Source: Macrostomum lignano (Eukaryota). From it: a stretch of DNA of 64,000 nt. This document shows positions 1 to 11,209 of the stretch, piece after piece. The notes beneath the pieces were generated by a model, which did no database searches, had not been told where the DNA came from, and saw nothing but the letters and a program-made list of their open reading frames with translations. How positions within the stretch are numbered: the first letter of the stretch is position 1; each line of letters begins with the position of its first letter. The translations under genes were made by a program, and so were the position numbers. The stretch is taken from assembly GCA_002269645.1 (NCBI GenBank), contig NIVC01000535.1, positions 1-64,000 on the forward strand, given 5' to 3'.

Positions 1-170
1 CGTGGGCGTCGGAATCACGACTTAAAGCTTGGGGGTTCGATTCTCGATCCCACTGGAACAATTTGTATCCTTGAGCAAGACAATTACATGTAGCTCTGCA
101 GTGCTTCCCAGCTATAAAATTGTGCGCTTAGCATTCTCTCGAGAATGCGCAGGGTTTCGGGCCATAGACT
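1..170 (+). mobile_element. tRNA-derived SINE copy (5' part cut by window edge)
   Basis: B-box-like GGTTCGATTC followed by GAACAATTTGT..CCTTGAGCAAGACA; same block occurs in reverse orientation at ~44340-44400 and ~53125-53180. Confidence 0.7.
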
Positions 171-473
171 GGGTTTCGCTTTTTTAGATCATCGCCGGAA
201 AATTAACGAAATTACCGAAAAATTAACCATAGACTATTGATTGATTCTTTACCATGCCTTTTCAAAGTGCATCTGACAGAGCAGAAGAGTTGACTAGAAA
301 TCCGTCAACAATCATAGTTCATACAAAAGGGTACAATAACGACATGGACAGATTTTTCCAATTTAAAATCCATTTAGACAACACAACTTTATTTTGAGCA
401 TTGCGGCTCTCAAAAATCAATTAGTTTTTCAATTCTTTTTCTTAACACACTTGCTTCATTCATTTGCAATTTG

Positions 474-759
474 GAGTCCAGAGTGCCAGACATTGCAAGA
501 ATTTAGTGCTTTCTGAGTCCAGAGTGCCAGACATTGCAAGAATTTAGTGCTTTCTGAGTCCAGAGTGCCAGACATTGCAAGAATTTAGTGCTTTCTGAGT
601 CCAGAGTGCCAGACATTGCAAGAATTTAGTGCTTTCTGAGTCCAGAGTACCAGACATTGCAAGAATTGAGTGCTTTCTGAGTCCAGAGTGCCAGACATTG
701 CAAGAATCGAGTGCTTTCTGAGTCTAGAGTGCCAGACATTGCAAGAATTGAGTGCTTTC
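474..759. repeat. 41-bp tandem repeat, ~7 copies
   Basis: Unit GAGTCCAGAGTGCCAGACATTGCAAGAATTTAGTGCTTTCT read directly. Confidence 0.95.
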
Positions 760-1435
760 TGCAGCGCAAGCATTCCTCGTTTAATCCTCAACAGCTGATC
801 AAATACGGTTCGAAGTTGATCAGATTTTCCAATCAGAGCCCTGTCCACGCGCCTCCCAGTAACAGAGCTACTCCAGCTGTCTCACAACATTTTTTTCGCT
901 TAAACTCCAAAAACACTACACGGCTAACCTTTGCTTCTTTGTTGGAGAAGCAGAACTAAAACAAAAATACAGTATCTTTCTACATCACTTGAGCTCAATG
1001 TGCTCAAGGGTCAACGGAATGGACATGAATGCTTGCCTCCGATCTCGGTCTGCGAGTCAACTCTCTACTTGACAACTCCATGACAGGTGGTCATGGACAC
1101 TCATTAGTTAATCAAATCGCTTGCCTGCCTGTTAAGATTTAAGAGAGTAATAAAACTAAAATGCCTGTCTGAGAAAGTTCCATTGAAACTTTATTCAGCT
1201 GAATAAAAGTACAATTCAGCATAGAGACAAAATATTACGTCTCATCGGTACCAGTGCACAAGTAGCAGGTGTACAGCGTGTTGTATAGCTTTATTGCGCT
1301 TTGAATCCTAAGACCCAGCTTGCAGGTGAAAGACCAACTTCTGCACGACATATACAGTATTAGTGACAATATTGGGCATTGAGGACCGGGTAGTGCGAAT
1401 CTGTAATATACTGTGAGAGTGCTCTGTTAGTATGA

Positions 1436-1504
1436 TGGACAGACAGACAGACAGACAGACGAACAGACACTAAGACAGACACTAAGACAGACAGACAGAC
1501 AGAC

Positions 1505-1567
<63 letters not shown>

Positions 1568-1570
1568 CTA

Positions 1571-1615
<45 letters not shown>

Positions 1616-1734
1616 CTAAGACAGACAGACACTAAGACAGACAGACACTAAGACAGACAGACACTAAGACAGACAGACACTAAGACAGACAGACACAGAC
1701 GGACAGACAGACAGACAGACACAGACAGGCACAT

Positions 1735-1789
<55 letters not shown>

Positions 1790-1882
1790 CAGACAGGCAC
1801 ATACAGACAGACAGACACAGACAGGCACATACAGACAGACAGACACAGACACACAGACAGACAGACAGACAGACACAGACAC

Positions 1883-1943
<61 letters not shown>

Positions 1944-1968
1944 CAGACAGACAGACAGACACAGACAT

Positions 1969-2035
<67 letters not shown>

Positions 2036-2056
2036 CAGACAGACAGACAGACAGAC
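1436..2056. repeat. (GACA)n microsatellite with AGACACTAAG variant units
   Basis: Direct inspection. Confidence 0.97.
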
Positions 2057-2114
2057 TGGCAGCCCCACGGCTACCCCGCCCAGACTCAGGCCAGGCTGCG
2101 CTCTCTCAGTCGTC

Positions 2115-2413
2115 TCAGACCGCGGTTGACGCCGCTGCCGGGGGCGCCTGCACGGGCAGGAAGGCGTCGCACCTGCGGCAGTACTCGTACTCGTCCTCGC
2201 TCCAGATCACCTCCACTTCGCTCAGGTCGCCAGTCGAGACGGCGGAGGCTCCGCCGCGGCGACTCTCGGCGGGATCAGCGGCCCGGACGAATAGTTCTAC
2301 TCGCCGTTGCTGAGGCAACAGAGGAATGCGGCGTAGACTAAAGCGAGGCCGACCAGGAGGCAAGCGGCGAGGGCGAGGATTCTGTCGCCGGGGAACAGAT
2401 GCCAGTCGGACAT
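2115..2413 (-). CDS. possible small single-pass membrane protein (needs a 1-nt frame correction)
   Basis: ATG at 2413 gives [38 protein letters not shown] (hydrophobic helix, CC); an overlapping frame continues [12 protein letters not shown]...[14 protein letters not shown]...AV* to 2115. GC-rich island like the other exons. No homolog recognised. Confidence 0.3.
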
Positions 2414-2599
2414 GGCTCTTCGATTGACTGATCCGCTTTGCTGCTTTGTCTATTGCAGAGGTGACTTAATTATGAATCCAGACTGTCATAGTAAATCCGA
2501 CTAGACTGTCCTGCATATACAGGATGAGGTCGAGACTTTGGCGAATCAGAGAAGCTCAATCACCGGGGGGATGGTTTTATTGGATGCGGAGCTCAAATG

Positions 2600-4445
2600 A
2601 GCGACTGGCTAAATGACTGAACTCAGTGACTGGCTGAATGGCTGAACTCAGTGACTGGCTGAATGGCTAAACTCAGTGACTGGCTGAATGGCTGAACTCA
2701 GTGACTGGCTGAATGGCTGAACTCAGTGACTGGCTAAATGGCTGAACTCAGTGACTGGCTGAATGGCTAAACTCAGTGACTGGCTGAATGGCTGAACTCA
2801 GTGACTGGCTGAATGGCTGAACTCAGTGACTGGCTAAATGGCTGAACTCAGTGACTGGCTAAATGGCTGAACTCAGTGACTGAATGGCTGAATGGCTGAA
2901 CTCAGTGACTGGCTAAATGGCTGAACTCAGTGACTGAATGGCTGAACTCAGTGACTGGCTGAATGGCTGAACTGTGACTGGCTGAATGGTTGAACTCAAT
3001 GACTGGCTGAATGGCTGAACTCAGCGACTGGCTGAATGGCTGAACTCAGTGACTGGCTGAATGGCTGAACTCAGTGACTGGCTAAATGGCTGAAATCAGT
3101 GACTGGCTGAATGGCTGAACTCAATGACTGGCTGAATGGCTGAACTCAGTGACTGATTGGCTAAATGGCTGAACTCAGTGACTGACCGGCTGAATGGCTG
3201 AACTCAGTGACTGGCTGAATGGCTGCACTCAGTGACTGGCTGAATGGCTGAACTCAATGACTGGCTGAATGGCTGAACTCAGTGACTGGCTAAATGGCTG
3301 AACTCAGTGACTGGCTGAATGGCTGAACTCAATGACTGGCTGAATGGCTGAACTCAGTGACTGGCTAAATGGCTGAACTCAGTGACTGATTGGCTAAATG
3401 GCTGAACTCAGTGACTGGCTAAATGGCTGAACTCAGTGACTGATTGGCTGAATGGCTGAACTCAGTGACTGGCTGAATGGCTGAACTGTGACTGGCTGAA
3501 TGGCTGAACTCAGTGACTGGCTGAATGGCTGAACTGTGACTGGCTGAATGGCTGAACTCAGTGACTGGCTGAATGGCTGAACTCAGTGACTGGCTGAATG
3601 GCTGAACTCAGTGACTGGCTAAATGGCTGAACTCAATGACTGGCTAAATGGCTGAACTCAGTGACTGATTGGCTAAATGGCTGAACTCAGTGACTGGCTA
3701 AATGGCTGAACTCAGTGACTGGCTAAATGGCTGAACTCAGTGACTGATTGGCTAAATGGCTGAACTCAGTGACTGGCTGAATGGCTGAACTCAATGACTG
3801 GCTGAATGGCTGAACTGTGACTGGCTGAATGGCTGAACTCAATGACTGGCTGAATGGCTGAACTCAGTGACTGGCTGAATGGCTGAACTCAGTGACTGGC
3901 TGAATGGCTGTACTCAGTGACTGGCTGAATGGCTGAACTCAGTGACTGGCTAAATGGCTGAACTCAGTGACTGAATGGCTAAATGGCTGAACTCAGTGAC
4001 TGGCTGAATGGCTGAACTCAGTGACTGGCTAAATGGCTGAACTCAGTGACTGATTGGCTAAATGGCTGAACTCAGTGACTGGCTAAATGGCTGAACTCAG
4101 TGACTGGCTAAATGGCTGAACTCAATGACTGGCTGAATGGCTGAACTGTGACTGGCTGAATGGCTGAACTCAATGACTGGCTAAATGACTGAACTCAGTG
4201 ACTGGCTGAATGGCTGAACTCAGTGACTGGCTGAATAGCTGAACTCAGTGACTGGCTAAATGGCTGACTCAGTGACTGGCTGAATGGCTGACTCAGTGAC
4301 TGACTGGCTGAATGGCTGAACTCAGTGACTGACTGGCTGAACTCAGTGACTGACTGGCTGAATGGCTGAACTCAGTGACTGACTGGCTGAATGGCTGAAC
4401 TCAGTGACTGGCTAAATGATTGAATTCATTGACTGACTCAGTGCC
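2600..4445. repeat. ~25-bp minisatellite, ~1.8 kb
   Basis: Unit TGGCTGAATGGCTGAACTCAGTGAC with TGA(T/C)-insertion variants. Confidence 0.97.
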
Positions 4446-6083
4446 TGACTAAACAGTCGCAGTGTTGTATGATGCCAATTTTTAAAATTGTGCGTTAATT
4501 GAAACCGTAAATAAAATAGCAAAAAGTGAAATCCCAGGCCTTGGTGGATAATTTACGGGCCTCACAAACATGATGACCATTGACCCAAACTGGCGATACC
4601 ATAGCAACTACAATCGGTTGTATTCAGGCGATAAATAAGCAGAATCTAGCGCGTATGTTAATATGAATTTAGTAAATTGTTATATTAAATATTAATTAAT
4701 AATTCAAATAACATAAGGCCAGAAACGCACGCGCAAAAAATGCAGGCATATAGAAAGCCAACCAAATAGAAAAAAAATTTTTTGGAGGCCAAAGCTAAGA
4801 AACAGATTACAACTGTATTATATAAGAGATACGTGTGTTTACAAGAAAACAAAGAATATGCAGCATTTATGAACAGAAGCTATTTAAATATAAGGACGCA
4901 ATAACTAGGACAGAGGCACCGCGAATTTCAGAAGGGCAAGCTGCAATATGACAAGCACAATGGCAGGGGTCATGACTTGCGCATTTCATTTGTATTTGGC
5001 CGTTATTTAAGGTCATGGGTCATAAAAAATCATGAGGTCATTTAAGGTCACGGGGTAAAAAAGTGATGTGACCATTAAAGGTCAAGGGGTCAAGGAGGCC
5101 ATTTAGTCACGGGGTCAAATGTCATAGGTTATAAAAGGTCATTTAAGGTCACGGTTGATAAAAAATTCGGGGGCATTTAAGGTTAAGGGTCATTAAAGGT
5201 CGCGAGGCCTTTTAAGGTCACTAGGTCATTTAAGGTCATTAGGCTATTTAAGGTGATCACGCCACTGAGGTTATTAAGCTTTTCAACGTCATATGACCTT
5301 TATAGGCCCTGAGGACTTTAGTTTAAGGCCCCAAAACTAGGCTACTCAAGGTCACAAACAGATTTTTAAGGTCAAGAGAAAAATTCAAATACAAGGTCAT
5401 TAGGATGAGTAGAGCCTGCCACTAGAAATTGAGATTCTAAAAAAATAATAATAACTTTAATCTAATCTAAACGCTAACCGCCCGTTGCATACATAAAAAA
5501 ACATTGACAGAAAATCGATAAGTTAAAATTTAACTTAATTTTAAGATATGTCGATACACCGTACTACATGTACTACTTATAAAAAGCCAATAAGATAGCA
5601 GAACTATTTGTAAGACACAATATTATTAGCTTACTAAATACAGTAAAGTACACAAAATGTACGCTAAAATCTGTACACTAGGCGGTATTGTATGAAGCAG
5701 GGTTGGGAACAAACTACGCGCGCAAAAGCAGACAGGTAAAGGCAATAAATTTACTTTCAGTGATGAGAGAAGAAGTGACTAGCAGTTAAGATATAAGTTT
5801 AGTAGTATATAACCGCAAAGAGAAATCACAGTGCCAAACAGAACAGGGGCTGGAGCTTCAATATCCTTCGCATGAATTCCACATTTAGTAGGGACTTCTA
5901 GGACTAGAGACTTAGCTAGTTAAGCTTATTTGCACGGGGCTGTGGACAAAGCAAAGCAGCAAATCAACTCGACAGTTCGCTGATCAGCAGCCATCGACGA
6001 GGCTAGCAGTAATGGTCAATCAGCAGATCCCGGACAACGGACACAGGTGTGTACGCAGGGGGAGTACAATTCACTCCCGATGA

Positions 6084-6312
6084 TTTAGTTTAGGGTTTAG
6101 GTTGCTAGAGCTAGGCTTTAGGTTGTTAGGGTAAGGTTTTAGGTTAAGTTCATAGTTTATGTTAGGTTTGAGGCTTAGGTTAGGGTTTAGGTTAGGTATA
6201 GGATTAAATTTGGGTTAAGGGTTTAGGTTAGGTTTAGGATTTAGGTTAGGTTTAGGTTAGGTTTAGGGTTTAGATTAGATTTAGGGTTAGGTTAAGGGTT
6301 TAGATTAGGGTT
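6084..6312. repeat. degenerate telomere-like (TTAGGG/TTTAGG) interstitial tract
   Basis: Several exact TTAGGG plus TTAGG/TTTAGG variants. Confidence 0.7.
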
Positions 6313-6555
6313 AGAGTGGGCAGTTAATAACGCAGACAGGCACTCGCGCTGGTCCAGAGTCTATATAGCGGCCCTGACTCTTTTTAGATTCAGCCAGTAT
6401 ACTTACTGTACGCGACAAGCTCCATAGTAGAATCTGCAGCAGCAGATATCCATAGTTCCAGCTACTAATAGTAGTGCAATATGTACAGTCCAAAATAAAA
6501 CAGCATCGACATGAAAATCCGAATTTAAACGCTATTAAAAGATTTTTTAAAACAT

Positions 6556-8784
6556 TCAGGACAGCACGAAAGGCGCCGGCGCTTGCTGCAGCTGCTGACA
6601 CGACGCGGCCCGCCTTACTCTAGCAGCCTGAATCACTGAAGCAGCCGGCTTTGCTGTTCCACCGCTGCTACTAGAAGCAGCCGCGGGTACAGCAACAGCC
6701 GATACCTGCTGCTGCTGCTGCTGCTGCTGGACCGAAGCCTGTTGCGGCCTGGCGGCCGAGCTGCCGGAGAATTCCCGGCCGAGGCCGAGGCAGGCGGCTC
6801 GATCGCGCGTCAGGCGGCCGGCCGGCTGCCCCATGCCGTGCGCAGTTACAAGACTGCGCAGTTCAAAGTAGTATCTGTTGGGGAGTAGTGAGATGATAGG
6901 CAGATTCCTACACAGATTTCTGGGGTAGACAGGTTAGAATTGTATAGGTAGACTTCTTAGTAGGGTAGATTCCTAGGGTAGGGTAGATTCCTAGGGTGGG
7001 GTAGATTCCTAGGGTAGGGTAGATTCCTAGGGTAGGGTAATTTCCTAGGGTAGGGTATATCCTCTTTAGGGTAGATAGATTAGTTAGGGTAGATTCTTCG
7101 GTAGGGTAGATTCTTCGGTAGGGTAGATTCTTTGATAGGGTAGATTCTTTGGTAGGGTAGATTCTTTGATAGGGTAGATTCTTCGGTAGGGTAGATTCTT
7201 TGGTAGGGTAGATTCTTTGGTAGGGTTGATTCTTCGGTAGGGTAGATTCCTCGGTAGGGTAGATTCCTCGGTAGGACAGATTCCTCGGTAGGACAGATTC
7301 TTTGGTAGGACAGATTCTTTGGTAGGACAGATTCCTCGGTAGGGTAGACTCATAGGGTCAGATTTCTAGAGGCTCATTCTTAGGCAGGAAAATCACAAAC
7401 GCAAAACAATGACCCAACCTTGCATAGACAGGCGCGGGCACATTGATATTGAACTGTATCAGCTCCAGGTATTTCCGTTCCAGTTCGTTCATATCCTCCA
7501 CTTTGGCGTCCTTGAGTATCTGGCAGTAATCAACGTTCCACACTGCCTGATCGTCCCACACTTTGCTTGCCAGCAACACGGAGCCCAGCAGACAGCGGCG
7601 CCAGTTGCCGGGGTACAGGTCGATCTCCGCTGCAGCCAACAGGCGCTCCAGGTACACCAGGGAGACCACCGCGCATTCGGCAGTGAGCTGGGCGGCGCAG
7701 AACAGAGTGCGCACGAATCTGCATCCGCGAGGGATGAAGGGGGCGGTTGAAACAATTAAAACTCATTGATTACAACTAGTCATTGTGGAGCACAAGTAGT
7801 CACTCTGGAACACAACTAGTCACTCTGGAACACAACTAGTCACTCTGGAGCACAACTAGTCACTCTGGAGCACAACTAGTCACTCTGGAGCACAACTAGT
7901 CACTCTGGAGCACAACTAGTCACTCTGGAACACAACTAGTCACTCTGGAACACAACTAGTCACTCTGGAACACAACTAGTCACTCTGGAACACAACTAGT
8001 CACTCTGGAACACAACTAGTCACTCTGAAACACAACTAGTCACTCTGGAACACCCACCTGTACACAGCCCGATGGTCCGGCTCTCTGGCAGCCGCCTCAG
8101 CAGCTTCCGGGCCAGCCTGCAGCGGGTGCAAGACCTCGTCGAAGATCTCCAAATAGCGCCCTCGCTGCGGCCTGGCGGTCCGTCTGTGCCTGACGTGGAA
8201 GAACACGGCCAGAGCGAGGCCGCGCACTGCGGGCTTCAGAGCCGGCTGCCACAGAGTTGAATCGTCTGTCACCAGATGCGAGGTTGAACTGGACGCCCGA
8301 GAAGACGCGGGGGCGTCTGCTGAAGTTCCCGAACGTCGGGCGGCGCACAACTGGCGAAGGCCGCGCAGAAACAGCGGCCTGACCGCGGCGTTGGTGCTGG
8401 GATCGCAGTTGTCCTCGGCCGGCTCGCGATCGTTGATGTGCTCAATGGCGACGCCCGGGGCTGCCGAGGACTGCTGGCCGGGAGGCGGCATCAGATTGGG
8501 AGGCTGCATTGTCATCATCAGGCTGTTGCTTGAGTCGTAGGGTCCGCCAGTAGGCGGCCATTTACCGTTGCCAAATAAAACTTGCTGCTGCTGCTGGTGA
8601 TAATGCTGCTGATGAAGCTGATGCTGCTGCTGATGCTGGCGCAGGTAATGCAGCTGCTGATGGTGCTGCAACTGCTGCTGATGCAGCGGAATCTGGGGAT
8701 GAAGATAGCGATCGCACGGAGCCGCGGATTCCGGGGAATGGCGCCGTCCGACCGCAGCTGACAGCAGGACAGGCTGTTGCCCAT
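6556..8784 (-). CDS. CCNY: Cyclin-Y; exons 8784-8058 (1-nt frameshift near 8710-8720), 7718-7419, 6874-6556
   Basis: N-terminal MGNSLSCC (myristoylation/palmitoylation-type, cf. MGNTTSCC), [35 protein letters not shown]|[37 protein letters not shown]|YYFELRSL, C-terminal RRAAS..PFVLS. Both introns GT-AG, phase 2. Confidence 0.95.
6930..7350. repeat. ~17-bp minisatellite in CCNY intron 2
   Basis: Unit AGGGTAGATTCTTCGGT and variants. Confidence 0.92.
7787..8052. repeat. 20-bp minisatellite in CCNY intron 1
   Basis: Unit CACAACTAGTCACTCTGGAA, ~13 copies, running up to the donor site. Confidence 0.95.
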
Positions 8785-8974
8785 TGTGAAATGGGGAACG
8801 GCTGGGTCGCGGTTGTCAAGGGTGACACGAGGAGGAGCGCGCCGGGATCACGGCGGCGCCTGACCTGGCGGCTGGGGGCAGCGGCGGCGGCTTCGGTGGC
8901 TGCGCATGCAATGCCGAATGAATTATGATTGTCGAGTCAACTAGCGAGATACCTCGAGAGTCCCGAGCGAGATC

Positions 8975-9775
8975 CCGAGAGTGGGATTTGAGTGAAGGGT
9001 GGGATTTGAGTGACGGGTGGGATTTGAGTGAAGGGTGGGATTTGAGTGAAGGGTGGGATTTGAGTGAGGGGTGGGATTTGAGTGACGGATGGGATTTGAG
9101 TGAAGGGTGGGATTTGAGTGAGGGGTGGGATTTGAGTGACGGGTGGGATTTGAGTGACGGGTGGGATTTGAGTGACGGGTGGGATTTGAGTGACGGATGG
9201 GATTTGAGTGAAGGGTGGGATTTGAGTGAAGGGTGGGATTTCAGTGTCGGGTTGGATTTGAGTGACGAGTGGGATTAGAGTGAAGGGTGGGATTTCAGTG
9301 TCGGGTTGGATTTAAGTGACGATTGGGATTCGAGTGACGCTCGGTATTGACAGAGTGCCGGGTGGGATTGATGGAGTGCCGGGTGGGTTTTATGGAGTGC
9401 CGGGTGGGATTGATGGAGTGACGGGTGGGATTGATGGAGTGCCGGGTGGGATTGATGGAGTGCCGGGTGGGATTGATGGAGTGCCGGGTGGGATTGATGG
9501 AGTGCCGGGTGGGATTGATGGAGTGACGGGTGGGATTGATGGAGTGACGGGTGGGATTGATGGAGTGCCGGGTGGGATTGATGGAGTGACGGGTGGGATT
9601 GATGGAGTGACGGGTGGGATTGATGGAGTGCCGGGTGGGATTGATGGAGTGACGGGTGGGATTGATGGAGTGACGGGTGGGATTGATGGAGTGCCGGGTG
9701 GGATTGATGGAGTGCCGGGTGGGATTGATGGAGTGACGGGTAGGATTGATGGAGTGACGGGTGGGATTGATGAAA
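8975..9775. repeat. compound 18-bp then 21-bp G-rich minisatellite upstream of CCNY
   Basis: GGGTGGGATTTGAGTGAA grading into GGGTGGGATTGATGGAGTG(A/C)C. Confidence 0.95.
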
Positions 9776-10324
9776 TGAAGCAAATGAATAACATCTGTCA
9801 CTATTCTTATTAAAAATGAATCTTGAGGTGAAACTGGGACAGCGCGAGAATTGGTAATTCAGAAATTTTCATTGATTCAGGACACGTTAATTGCTGATCT
9901 ACTTACTGTAGTGAGTAGTAAATATTGAATGAAAATAAAAATTGCCGCATGTATTTTGATAGTACGCAGAGATGCAAAACTAGCATACTGATTAACTAAT
10001 ATAGAAAGATTACCTGTTGTACGAGATGGCATAGAACACATAGAATTGTTTGAATACACAAACTTAGTATTTCAACTTTGAAACCGGAATATATATATAT
10101 TTAATGTTTTCAAATAAAAATCGAAATCTACAAAGAAAGCATCAAATGGGTGGCAAATCAATTATGAAATCGAAAGTGTCAGAATCAACTCAACTTATTT
10201 GCGTTAAACAGATAATAATTCAAGAATATTTCTCTGCGAGAATGACAATGTTGTATAGTACAGCTCTTTTAGCCTTTTAGCTTTTTCCAATGAACTACCG
10301 AGGATACGAGTATTAGCCAGGAGA

Positions 10325-11190
10325 CGACTGAGTCACACCTGTCACCATTCTTAGACATTTGGTCACACCTGTCACCATTCTTAGACAGTTGATCACACCT
10401 GCCACCATTCTTAGACATTCAGTTACACCTGCTACCATTCTTAGACATTCAGTCACACCTGTCACTATACTACAGCATTCAGTCACACCTGTCACTATCC
10501 TACGGCATTCAGTCACACCTGTCACTATCCTACGGCATTCAGTCACACCTGTCACTATCCTACGGCATTCAGTCACACCTGTCACTATCCTACGGCATTC
10601 AGTCACATCTGTCACTATCCCAAGGCAGTCAGTCACACCTTTCACTATCCTAGGACATTCAGTCACACTTGTCACTATCCCAAGGCAGTCAGTCACAATT
10701 GTCACTATCCTAGGACATTCAGTCACACCTGTCACTATCCTACGAAATTCAGTCACACCTGTCACTATCCTACGGCATTCAGTCACACCTGTCACTATCC
10801 TACGGCATTCAGTCACACCTGTCACTATCCTACGGCATTCAGTCACACCTGTCACTATCCTACGGCATTCAGTCACACCTGTCACTATCCTACGGCATTC
10901 AGTCACACCTGTCACTATCCTACGGCATTCAGTCACACCTGTCACTATCCTACGGCATTCAGTCACACCTGTCACTATCCTACGGCATTCAGTCACACCT
11001 GTCACTATCCTACGGCATTCAGTCACACCTGTCACTATCCTACGAAATTCAGTCACACCTGTCACTATCCTACGGCATTCAGTCACACCTGTCACTATCC
11101 TACGGCATTCAGTCACACCTGTCACTATCCTACGGCATTCAGTCACACCTGTCACTATCCTACGGCATTCAGTCACACCTGTCACTATTC
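10325..11190. repeat. 30-bp minisatellite just downstream of the USP8 stop
   Basis: Unit CATTCAGTCACACCTGTCACTATCCTACGG. Confidence 0.96.
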
Positions 11191-11209
11191 CTGAGCAGTC
11201 AGACTGCTC

